A DNA stretch of 64,000 bases. It comes from Alloascoidea hylecoeti. Taxonomy: Eukaryota. Under the pieces are notes generated by a model. The model was not told the DNA's origin, ran no database searches, and was given only the letters and a program-made list of their open reading frames with translations. Below, piece after piece: positions 9,627 to 22,000 of the stretch (within the stretch, counting starts at the first letter, position 1; the number at the start of each line of letters is the position of its first letter). The stretch spans positions 186,001 through 250,000 of the forward strand of contig BCKZ01000003.1 in assembly GCA_001600815.1 (NCBI GenBank), given 5' to 3'. The position numbers and the translations under genes were made by a program.

Positions 9627-12495
9627 ATGGGTATGTTTTAATCATTTTGTTATTAAGGAGATCAAACTTAAAGATGTCTATCAAGTCATGAAGATTTGTA
9701 GTGAACAATTTATCTTCATGATAAATCTACAATGGATCTTTTTTTTATTGAAGAATTTTTTCAATCTTTTTTTCTAATCACTAACTTCGTTTTTTAGTTA
9801 ATTTCACTGTCGATGTAAGTAAAAGAAATAACGGTAGAATATATTCAATTGTGATGGTTATTGTGAATGGTTTATTTTAATAGCTATCGGATTCGGAATA
9901 ACCTTTCATTGGATGATTTTTTCATCTTATTATATTATGGCAATACCCCTTTCTGTAAACCACAGATTTACTAACTATTTTAATTAGCAAATCCGTGAAC
10001 TCATGGACAATGTTACGAATATTCGTAACATGTCTGTTATTGCCCACGTCGATCATGGTAAATCTACCTTGACTGATTCTCTTGTTCAAAGAGCCGGTAT
10101 CATTTCCGCTGCTAAAGCCGGAGAAGCTCGTTTTACTGATACAAGAAAAGATGAACAGGAACGGGGTATTACTATTAAATCTACTGCCATCTCTCTATAC
10201 TCTGAAATGTCCGATGAGGATGTCAAAGATATCAAACAAAAAAATTCTGGTAACTCTTTCTTGATCAATTTGATTGATTCTCCCGGTCACGTTGATTTCT
10301 CTTCAGAAGTCACTGCCGCTCTCAGAGTTACTGATGGTGCTTTAGTCGTTGTCGACTGTGTCGAAGGTGTCTGTGTCCAAACTGAAACTGTTTTGAGACA
10401 AGCTCTTGGTGAAAGAATCAAGCCAGTCATTATCATCAATAAAGTTGATCGTGCTCTATTAGAATTACAAGTTACCAAGGAAGATTTATATCAATCTTTC
10501 TCTCGTACTGTTGAATCCGTCAATGTCATCATTGCTACATACTTAGATGAAGCACTTGGTGATGTCCAAGTCTACCCAGAGAGGGGTACCGTTGCTTTCG
10601 GTTCTGGTCTTCACGGTTGGGCTTTCACTGTCCGTCAATTTGCTACTAGATACTCCAAGAAATTTGGTGTTGACAGAAGTAAGATGATGGAAAGACTCTG
10701 GGGTGATTCATACTTTAACCCAAAGACCAAGAAATGGACTACTAAGGAAAAAGATGCCAAGGGAAAACCATTAGAACGTGCTTTTAATATGTTTGTTTTG
10801 GATCCTATCTTCCGTATCTTCTCTGCTGTTATGAACTTCAAGAAGGATGAAATTCCAGTTCTTTTACAAAAATTAGACATTGTCTTAAAGGGTGATGAAA
10901 ATGATTTAGAAGGTAAAGCTTTATTAAAGGTTGTTATGAGAAAATTCTTACCAGCCGCTGATGCTTTATTGGAAATGATTGTTTTACATTTACCATCTCC
11001 AGCCACTGCTCAATTTTATAGGGCTGATACATTATATGAGGGTCCTTCTGATGATTCTAGTGCTATTGGTATTAGAAACTGTGATCCTAAAGCTGATCTT
11101 ATGTTGTACGTCTCTAAGATGGTGCCAACATCTGATAAAGGTCGTTTCTACGCTTTCGGTCGTGTTTTCTCTGGTACCGTTAGATCTGGTATGAAGGTTA
11201 GAATCCAAGGTCCTAACTATATTCCAGGAAGTAAGACTGATTTATCTATCAAAGCTGTTCAAAGAACTGTTCTTATGATGGGAAGATCTGTTGAATCAAT
11301 TGATGACTGTCCAGCTGGTAACATTGTTGGTTTAGTTGGTATTGATCAATTCTTATTGAAATCTGGTACTTTAACAACAAATGAAACCTCCCATAACATG
11401 AAGGTTATGAAATTCTCTGTTTCTCCAGTTGTTCAAGTTGCTGTTGAAGTTAAGAATGCCAATGATTTACCAAAATTGGTTGAAGGTTTAAAGAGATTAT
11501 CCAAATCTGATCCATGTGTTTTAACTTATATGGCTGAAACTGGTGAACATATCGTTGCCGGTACTGGTGAACTCCATTTGGAAATTTGTTTGAAGGATTT
11601 GGAAGAAGATCATGCTGGTATTCCATTAAAGATCTCTCCTCCAGTTGTCGCTTATAGAGAAACAGTTGAGGCTGAATCAAGAATTACTGCCTTGTCTAAA
11701 TCACCTAACAAGCATAACCGTATTTACGTTAAAGCTGCCCCACTTGACGAGGAAGTTTCTCTTGCTATTGAAAGTGGTAAGATCAGCCCTCGTGATGATT
11801 TCAAGGCCCGTGCTCGTATCCTTGCTGATGCTCACGGATGGGATGTCACTGACGCTAGAAAGATTTGGTGTTTCGGTCCAGAAGGTACCGGTCCTAATTT
11901 AGTCGTTGATCAAACAAAGGCCGTTCAATACTTGAGTGAAATTAAGGATTCCGTTGTTTCTGGTTTCCAATGGGCTACTAAAGAAGGTCCAATCTTCGGT
12001 GAAAACTTAAGATCAGTTAGAGTTAACATTATGGATGTCACCTTACACGCTGATGCTATCCACAGAGGTGGTGGTCAAATCATTCCAACAATGAGACGTG
12101 CTACTTATGCTGCTTTCTTATTAGCTGAACCACGTATCCAAGAACCAGTTTTCTTAGTTGAAATTCAATGCCCAGAAAACGCTATTGGTGGTATTTACTC
12201 AGTTCTCAACAAGAAACGTGGTCAAGTTATCTCTGAAGAGCAAAGACCAGGTACTCCATTGTTCACTGTTAAAGCATACTTACCAGTCAATGAATCATTT
12301 GGGTTCACAGGTGAATTAAGACAAGCCACTGGTGGTCAAGCTTTCCCACAGATGGTATTCGACCATTGGGCTACAATGTCTGGTGACCCAACTGATCCAG
12401 CAAGTAAACCAGGTCAAGTTGTTGTTGAAGCAAGAAAGAGACATGGTATGAAGGATGGTATTCCAGGTTATGAGGAATACTACGATAAGCTTTAA
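9627..12495 (+). CDS. EFT2: Translation elongation factor 2, 842 aa; exons 9627-9630, 9798-9814, 9988-12495
   Basis: Spliced N-terminus MVNFTVDQIRELMD, GTPase motifs [14 protein letters not shown] and NKVD, diphthamide loop [12 protein letters not shown]-terminal YYDKL. Confidence 0.98.
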
Positions 12496-13121
12496 GTTGT
12501 CTAATATTATATATGAATTTATATAGTATAATCGAAATGTTTATTATGAAATGATAATAATTGCTTAAGCTTAAAGAGCTATAAACCCAGGTATATTTTA
12601 AACCTATTGTGTTCACTGCTAATTATATATAAATTGTAGAATATAGCTAAACTGAATATAGCTAAACTGAGAAGGAAGACAACTTACCTATGGGGTTCGA
12701 ATTCGTTTAAATTGATTATAACTAGAGATGAAGTTTATACTTACACTAATCGCAAATAATACATACATGTAATAGCATCTTTCAAAAATCCAACTTTCAA
12801 ACGTTTTTATCGTTTCATACAAGATTTTAAAGCACGTAAAACTAGTTATATATGCTGATTTCAGCCTCAGGACATAGTTCTTGTCTATCTGACTTTGGTT
12901 TTTGGTTCAAGAATAAGTGTAACCTTATAATTACAGAATATTTTAAACGATCAATTATAAATTAAAGCAATATATATTGCAACCAGTATACTCCGTCCAA
13001 TAGATTTAAACATTTCATTATAAAAAATATACCATAAAAAAACAAAAAACAGTAATAACATTAATTTTTATAAATAAAAAATAGGAGTAAACTACATAAT
13101 AAAATCAAATTTCTGCTTTCG

Positions 13122-14810
13122 TCAAAAATAATAATCAGAGCTTAATCCTTTGATATCGCTCTGTATTTCATACTGTAGAATACCAGGAACAGTAGAGTCT
13201 GAAATACCAATCGTTAAAATCTTCCCTCTATCACTTTCTGAATCAAGAAACCCCATTCCTGCTACCTCACCCCAAAACTCAACTATCTGCCCCTCGGCTA
13301 TTTTATTAATATCGTCAGAAGTATCTACTTTTAATGTTTCTGTATCAAATACAGTAACGTAATCAACTGGTTCTGCTATTGCAAGATATTTACCCTCTGA
13401 ATCAAAGCAAATCTTTCTTGCCTCGTTCCCAGTATGTGTGTCAATAACATTAGTTGCATGCTTAGGATTTCGTATGTCAAATACTCTACAAGTTCCATCT
13501 TGATTGCTTGTTGCAATAGTTTTACCATTTGGGCTCCAAGCACAGCCGAATCCAAAATCAGCATGCCCAGATAATGTCATAACCGGAAAGAACTTGCTCA
13601 CTGTATTTGAGTTTGTTGTTGAATTAATTCTATCATCTGTAATAAATGCATCGACACAATCACCGACCACAACCCGAGTCTGGCCATCAGAGGTTGGGCA
13701 TGTTGATGTACAATTTGGAGCCCATGGATACTTTATATTTTTAGTTTGATCCAATCTATTAAAATCAACTATTCTCAAATGTTCATCATTGATACAAAAC
13801 ACCGCTTTGTTGGTTTGACTTGAATTACTGGTCTTAACCAATTCAATATGATTTGTAATTCCGTTTAAATCGGTTGATAAAGAATGTTCAATAACACCCT
13901 CATCTATAGGTGAATTAAAGAGTCTTTTAGCAAAAAATTGTCCTTCAAACCCGCCAGCAACTAACATGTCATTATTAGCGGCTATCGTTGAAACATTCAT
14001 GTATTTTGTCGAAGGTAATTTTCCCATAAAAGGATTCGCTACTACTATTATTTCTTTGTCCACAGGATTCAGCCGTTCTAATGAAAACGTTTCATAATTA
14101 TCCGAGTCACTGGAATAATATATTTCATATTGTGAAATGGGAACAACTAAGTCACGTAATTGAAAGTGGACAATTTTAGGCTTGGGCCGTGTGAAGAAAG
14201 ATTTAAAGGTGAAAATTGGAACCGATGGTGATACTCTAGTCGTTATTGAGTTCACTATGGTAGCTCTTGATCCAGGGATATTTCGATAACTGTGATATAA
14301 TTGCTTGCGTATATTTCTAACTATATCATATAGACATTGATTTTCAACCTCTTTTTCGACTGAAGTATCTGGAAACCATGGAATTCCTTGACTATCAGTT
14401 CTTCTGGAAATTAGTTCTGGAGTGAGTTCGAATGGTAATGAATCTTTGGTGTAAGTAAAAGCGAGTAGTCTGTGTAATAAAGTACTTGGAATTTGGTCAT
14501 CACGGTGTAATCTGTGTAAAAATGAAAGGAAATCAGGTACAACATCTGGGACATGATCTCCAAAGTTAATATGTCTTGCATTTAGAATCATCAAATTTTC
14601 TTCAAAGTCAGGTTCCCGAAAATTATTTAAGGGTTCTTGTAAAACTAAATCCTCATCATCAGTAGTTTGATTTTCTTCTTGGTGGTTTAGGTCCTGATTA
14701 TTCATTAAAGCCCTTATCATGGCATTTTGGTCAAACGTCTGAAGATCGTTAGTTTCCCCATTTAAATAGTTGCGCAAATCATAGTCCGCATTATCTCTAT
14801 GGGAATTCAT
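13122..14810 (-). CDS. Uncharacterised WD40-repeat protein (S. pombe C2A9.03 / DUF2415-like)
   Basis: 562-aa ORF with HFQLRDLV, GHADFGFGCAWSPNG..IATSNQDGTCRVFDIRN, AEPVDYV and FWGEVAG, motifs I recall for this family. Confidence 0.8.
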   Translation of the reverse strand: MNSHRDNADYDLRNYLNGETNDLQTFDQNAMIRALMNNQDLNHQEENQTTDDEDLVLQEPLNNFREPDFEENLMILNARHINFGDHVPDVVPDFLSFLHRLHRDDQIPSTLLHRLLAFTYTKDSLPFELTPELISRRTDSQGIPWFPDTSVEKEVENQCLYDIVRNIRKQLYHSYRNIPGSRATIVNSITTRVSPSVPIFTFKSFFTRPKPKIVHFQLRDLVVPISQYEIYYSSDSDNYETFSLERLNPVDKEIIVVANPFMGKLPSTKYMNVSTIAANNDMLVAGGFEGQFFAKRLFNSPIDEGVIEHSLSTDLNGITNHIELVKTSNSSQTNKAVFCINDEHLRIVDFNRLDQTKNIKYPWAPNCTSTCPTSDGQTRVVVGDCVDAFITDDRINSTTNSNTVSKFFPVMTLSGHADFGFGCAWSPNGKTIATSNQDGTCRVFDIRNPKHATNVIDTHTGNEARKICFDSEGKYLAIAEPVDYVTVFDTETLKVDTSDDINKIAEGQIVEFWGEVAGMGFLDSESDRGKILTIGISDSTVPGILQYEIQSDIKGLSSDYYF

Positions 14811-16911
14811 TTTGAAGGTGGTTTTGAATCTTTTGATAGTAACATTAATATCAATATTGTTGGTAGCAATATTAATGTGACAATCACGTGATATAAAAGA
14901 GTGTAATATAATCCCGTTAGAATCTTTAACTAAGGGATCTAAATACTGTTATAATGTACAGCAAGAGTGAAGTTCCTATAGCTGAGCCGGGTGAACCAGT
15001 AGGGGGAAAAGCGTTATATGTGAATAATTGATTTGGCGCCTTTTGAGTTTCAATTTCCACACTTGAAGTGATTGAATCAATATTATTTGCTGAAGGTAGA
15101 AAATTCTAATAGCTGGCTAAATACTTAGATCTCAAATCACTAAATCAATTTAACTCCATTGACGAACGTAATTTTGATGAATTGACGAAATGAGCTTGTC
15201 TCAAATGACTAAATGAATTTGATCTAAATGATGTATTTTTCTTACTAATTAGCCCTTGTTGTTTTTTTGAGTAGTATTTAGCTGTCTGGTTTGACGAATT
15301 TGTCTTCTCAAATCCGTTGTTCCTGGATAACCATTTGTAGCAAATTTTAATGGCCAATATCTACCACAAATTGTTTTTATCTAGGTATTGAATATAACGG
15401 ATTTATCATTTTAAATCTACAAGAAGTATTTTTCTTATGGCACTAAAAGGAATGATCACAAGTTAAAATTCATGGTTGGTAATTGTTTTTCGCGCGATGA
15501 AATTGATTTCTACTTATTGACTTGATGATCACTATAAAGTTACTAAATACATATTGGGTAACTGATCAATGTTGAGTCCATTGACTTGTTGAAATACAAG
15601 GCGATTTTATTATTATGGCCTACTTCAATTGTATATTCACTGTTTTACATGTGATGCATATTTAAAACCCATCTTATTTCCTTATTTCCTTATTCTCTTA
15701 ATTTCATTTATATTCGTTTATACATGTGTATAACTTATATGTATAGATTTTAATTTCCAAAGAGAAAAAAGTCCTTTGGATTCTAGTTCTTTAGCTATAG
15801 CTTTTTCGTTTGTTTATATTTAGACACACATATTCATAAATTTACTATGCTCAATACGAATTTGGAATTTTTAAACCTCAACTCGGTTACATGGCTTTTA
15901 GCACAGTAACCGAAAGCCGGCCTAAGAGGTAGTAGGGGCCGATCAATGTACTATTATATTATGAAGATGGTGAGTAAACAGACGGAAAAAACCTAATGTT
16001 GCAATATTGTACTCGTTAATTATATCGCTAATTAATTTCTGTCAATACAATTAAATAAAATTTTAATCTTATTTTAATTAATTTCCATAGATTTGACAAT
16101 AATTACCGCATCAAACTTCCAAACCCTTTACTGATATTTCTTGAAAATAGCAATATACCAATTCGTTACAGAAACTATGTGTTAATACAGATAACACCTG
16201 TGTGGTATACGTTTGCAATTATATAGATAATGATTTTGGATCTAAATTTACCCATATTAGTCTTCACATTAGCTTTTCAGTTCAATTGTGAATAATTATG
16301 TTTTAATAACGAAAAATCAAATGCTGTTGGTGACGCCTCCCCTAGAATCAATTTAAGCTTATAACTTATAGTGTGGATTGTTTCAATTAATATTAATAAA
16401 CACCAGAGCAGCAATTGAAATAAGCAAAATGGAAGAAATCTGGTTCTTTTTGTAAAGTATTCTGAATAAAAAAATAAAAAAATTTAAATATATACGGCTA
16501 ATCCTGCAATTGTTGTAGGTAGCTATATATATATATATATATATATTTAAAGGATGAACATACTATATATAGATATTGATATCGATAACGTTATTGTATA
16601 ATTATAAGGTCATATAATGTTTATAATAGTATTTTTAGGTCCTCGGTATCCTTACCTCGCAAGCATAACTTATAAAGTAATTTTACTTAATTTTGGCCAT
16701 ATGGTGGACCAAATATTCGGTCACCTTTTCATGAATAACTATCAGCCACCCACTTCACTGATAAGTAATTACTTTTTCTTTTTTACTGTGTAAAGTTTTG
16801 CATATGTAGTTAATTAGATAATAACATTGTATGTGTAGCTCGAGCATACGCCGTACACTACAAGAGATGTTTAACTAGTGAAAAGTGGCCCCTTGATGGA
16901 TCATTCTTGGC

Positions 16912-16943
16912 ATCATGATCATGATCATGATCATGATATCATG
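16912..16943. repeat. (ATCATG)n microsatellite
   Basis: atcatgatcatgatcatgatcatgatatcatg seen directly. Confidence 0.8.
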
Positions 16944-19046
16944 GTCTTTCTTCTGTCGTCATGTAGCCTAGTATCTCACCAACAAAATTACCACGTCTAA
17001 TTACTTTTACAGAAACATTCTTATCATTGAAACCAACATTGTCACCAACATTTTCAACTAATTGTTCCGGTTGCCGAAATTTAATGGAATTACTGACAGC
17101 TAACTGTAACTATATCGCGCGATACATGTATGTAACGCTTTAAGCCTAATTATATTTCATTGACACATTTAATTATATGGTATTATATGCCCATGTACGG
17201 TTGTAATATGTATACTTTTAAATTTAACCCCTTACGCTTGATGGTACTACATATTGTTGTCGCATGTATACTTATATCAATTTATCCATCACTTTATAAT
17301 AAATAGTTATACATGTTTCATATATTCTAATTGGATTAACTGACATGATATTTTCTTATTCTTTTGTTCCTCGCATTGTTCGGAATAGCCAATTAACGTA
17401 TAATTTTCAATTTTGTTTAATCTAATTTTATCCCCATAAAATATTTTTTCCTCTCCTAACCCATACTTGGAAATTGTTAATTACAAAGAATAATAATATT
17501 ATAATAATCAAGCAATGGATAGCTATAGTATTTTAGTGTCTTTATTGCTCTTTAACATTGTCTTATAGGATCAGTGAAATATGATATATCACTAAATAAC
17601 TATAGTAACTATTAACTTAATTATAAGAACAAATCTCAGACTTTAATTTAAATCTTAAGTTATGGTATAATACTATAATTATAAGCTAGTCCGCCCCTCC
17701 ACAAGTTATATAATATTAAAATTCTACTTTCTAACCTTTTTCCCTTTTCTGCACCGTTTTATGCTTAATATTGCTTATTAAGTTAACCGAGAACCACATG
17801 GTACATGTGCATAGAGCTCCTATACATATGCATATAGCTTAAATATATAATTTTTATATCATATCTCTCTCCTGTGCTCCATCAGCAGCTATGAACGTTA
17901 ACTGCTATGATTAATAATTCACAATGGTTCCCAATTACAGCTCTCTACGGAAATTTGAATAATACAATATTAATTCTTGTTTAATTATATAGGTATACCA
18001 GTAGCTATAGTATATTGGCATCTTTTCCATAAGTCTATAGTCCCCATTAGTACTAATAATTATATGTTCTTAAAGTTCAGTAGACACACACTAGTTTGTA
18101 AGCTATTTTAAAAGCTTTTTCTAGATCTGGTGGAGAGAAAGATCTAGATATATTATAGTTATATAAAGAGGGTTAACGTTGGCAAGAAAAACTGAAAATT
18201 TCCAACTTCTATCAATACGGTATACGTTTTATAAAGATTTATAATTATAATTATATAACATCACCTTGTACTTGAAAGAAAGCCGAATATATTTCGATAT
18301 TTGCCAAAATCAGCTTATGTTTTAGTTCAATATATCTTGTAACATTAATATTAGAAGTGTCTCAAACATTTCCAACGTCAAAATTTTACTGTTCAGTTTG
18401 TTTGGTTATTAATTTTTGTATATATATTATTATGCCCTTATTATATATAGATCTTCATGATATTATGTAGACACAATATTAATAACGTTAACAATATAAA
18501 ATTATAAACTATACATCATATTATAATTGGTCAATACCAAACCAGTTTCATTTAAAATTTTTTGTAATATAATCTGTTTGTGGGCTAGACTACGTACTCC
18601 ATCTACTTTTAGAAACCAACTACCAGGTACAGTAAAAAATCAGAATATAATATTGTTGTTATTTCAATTTTAATTAACTTATTTCATGCTTACATATCCG
18701 ATATGCAGTGCAGATCAATCATCAAATGATCTACATATGTTTCAGATTTATATTAAACTACATGCCTTGCATATTAGATATGCAGGGGTTACGTGGTCAT
18801 TCATATACTACAGCAAGCCCCTTAATATTATTGCCACCTCCTTATTATTATTTAGCCTATATAGTTACATATATAAGACAGTTAAATCCATTGGATTTAA
18901 CTCTCTACTTTTTCTTATTCCTATTTAATATACTATTTACTTTATCTTTTTTACTCTATCAGTTTTACCGATTAATAAATATAATTAGTATCCTTCCTCT
19001 TCAATCAATTCTTTTTCTTACTTTCATGTTTAGTAAATAAACTCAA

Positions 19047-22000
19047 ATGGACTACAAAATTGCAACGAAAGAAGTGGTACCTACACTTGTCACAAGGCTG
19101 ATCAAAGTTGTATGTATTTTAAAACACCCGCCAGTCATAATTAGATAACAATAGAGTTAACAAGCCATTTATTAGTTACCGTTTGAAACTGGAAATACAG
19201 TTGAAAATGCTGAACAGGAGAAAATTTTCTTGTCTACAAGAATCACATTGCTGCAATTAGCAAAATCACCTATGATTTCAGAAATATTCTTTAGTTTTAA
19301 TAATCTTTTAGAACAAATATCAAAGGTAAGTCAATAATGGATTTTAATTGACTTTTTTCCATCTTCTAACCTTTTTCTTTGTGTGAAGCGAGATCGGAAT
19401 GAACCTATTGCGAGCAGAAATGTTTATTCTTTAAGATCTTTGATTGTTGTGACAAAACTTTTAGCAGAATGTGCTGAGGTAAATTGGGACTACAATGAGG
19501 TTGCTCCCATTCGAAAGGGAAGAATTCCTGTAGCTTATGGCGAGATTGGATTTGTCAAGCCATCTTTAAAATATCATACAGTGCTTCCTCCAAAAATACG
19601 TAACGACGTAGCAAAATCGTTAATACAGCAATTAATAGATCTGCGATCCGATTCATCAATATTTGAAGCGATTTCGCTGTTGTCAAACGGCAACGTCCAA
19701 GCTCAAAGTAATATTGGTCTACACCCATTCAAAAGCCTTATAGATGAAATAGACGAATATTGTGCAATGGTTTGTCGTTACCTTTCTGCATCAAATTGGT
19801 CTGTGGTATCTCAAATTGTTAAATCAAAAATGGATTTTATGAAAAGTTGCATAGCTGAGGAAAATGAGATAATTCCCCATATTGATATTTTAAGTATTAT
19901 TTACCTTGATCAAGGAGCCCTGGGAATGATATTTCAAGATTTATGGCAATTCTTATCAACGGTTAGAAAACCACTACACCAATCATTGCTACTTTATTTT
20001 TTTTCATTAAGTTTACAATATTGGATATTTGCACGCCCCGAAGAAATTTACGAAGCAGGTAAAGAAGGGTCGCCAATTCAATTAGAAGCTTCCAGTTTGT
20101 TTGATTATGTATATACGACTATTGAAAACTCCAAATTTACTGATGGTGCAACTCGATTTTTGACAGTATTGCTGTGTTATTTTCCGAGTTCATTTAAGAC
20201 TTTTCTAAATTCTAGCATAAAACGATTTACAGCTAACTCCAAGAAACTCAAATTTCTTAGTTTCCTTAATTCAAATATACATTTGAAACATATGCCAGAC
20301 GGTCCTTTAGATTGCTTAAGTATTATTGCTAGCGTAGCACAGGCAGTCATGGATTTTGACCGTCAAAGCCCAATTCTTCAATATGCATGTCAATTTCACG
20401 ATCAAATATCTTCTAATTTCCATTCCTCATTTGGAAGCGAAATATCGGTTTCACTGATTCATATTTATTGTGATTATTTTAATGCTTTCTCGCTTATTGA
20501 TATACAGTATCCATTCAAGGATCTCGATGCTAATTTAACAAGACAGGACTTAGAACCAACTATTATTTGTTATATTACAACGGCTTTAAGAGGCCTTGGA
20601 ACAGTTGAGACAAAACTAGAGGCATATCAAACTCTCATGAAAAAGTATAGCCCTATACTAAGGAATATTATTTTTAAGCAATCTCGACTACTCTTGAAAT
20701 CAAGAGCAGTAGGGAGCTCATCGAGAAAATCATTATCCACTACAAATTCTGAAGTTGTCAGCATTCCAATCCTTTCCAATATTTTCCAATGCTACATTCC
20801 AAGTCCACTATCATATTTCTCTGGGTATAAGGAGGGCGATTTTGCAGCTCTGGTAGTTAGTGGTATGGAGCCTATTCTTCCATGTTTAATCGATCATGAT
20901 AACGACTTGTCTAAAGCCGCTACTAATTGGGTTTTAGCTTTTCTTGATAAAAAACTTTTAAACTCCTTAGATCCTCATGTTGACTCTAATGGCGATCACC
21001 CAGCGGTTGCTATATATTTATGTACAACTCATATACTAAACGCGTTATCTGAGAAAATTTTGGAAATTGATCTTGATGACAATCGACTGGAACGGTTTTT
21101 GAGATTGATGAAAGACTTACTAGAAGCTAGAGCTTCAATTGGTAAAACTTTCCATCTTGCAGAGGCATGCGGAGATGTAATTAAAGACGGTGAATCAGAT
21201 GGGCTAAGAAATATCATGTTTTCAAATGTTGAGGCGGCATTGCTTATATCACTATGTTCTCCAGATGTTGAAATATACAAGTTGATAGCTGCTGCTATTA
21301 CCGCTGCCCTTGATGATAGTCTAGAGCTTGGTGATCTTTCGGATAACATCCTTTCGAGTCCTTTCTTGTATAATAGGGATCAATATAAAGAGTTTAATCC
21401 AAATTCTTATGTAATTACGGGTCATGTTGCTTTACAGAAGAGAATAAGGAAGGTGGTATCTCAATTCACGGTTGCTACAGACGGAATAATGAATGCTTGG
21501 GAAATAATTGATAAACGAGTTATTGATTACTTCAACAATAGTCAGACGTCATCCACTTTCATTCCAGAAGCTCGAAATTACGCTGGAATGCTTGCAAGTT
21601 TATGTGAATGCATCTTAGCGACAGATCCTGAGACAAATATTAGAGTATCAGAGCTAACTCCTGCCATTAATGAATACATTCAAGAGATTACCAAGCTTAT
21701 GGAATCACCAAGTCTTATCATATGTAATGCAACGAAAGATATTTTATGCCGAGAGTTTAGTAGGTACGCTATTCATAATATTTTTATTGGACTTGGTGAC
21801 CTAATTCGCCGAGTAATTGGATCGAAGAGAAAGGATAATATATTGAAAGTATCGGATCTTTTTATCTCTCTTATCAAAGGAGTCATTACGAGATGTATCG
21901 AAGAAAAACTAAGCCTTGAGCTGATCGTGGCCGAAAGACTTCAAGATATTATGAATTATATTGATGATATGGGCAATGACATTGAAGTCTTGAAGATGAA

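Noticed and set aside
12640..12670. 15-bp tandem duplication downstream of EF-2
   Set aside because: Ordinary slippage duplication.
18686..19040. Two hydrophobic ORFs upstream of IRA
   Set aside because: By-products of T-rich promoter or 5' UTR sequence.
19383..19388. ORF-track start of IRA (likewise 4687, 8407, 10003, 34738, 39873, 42904, 63944)
   Set aside because: Not true starts. Upstream exons or a downstream ATG give the conserved N-termini.
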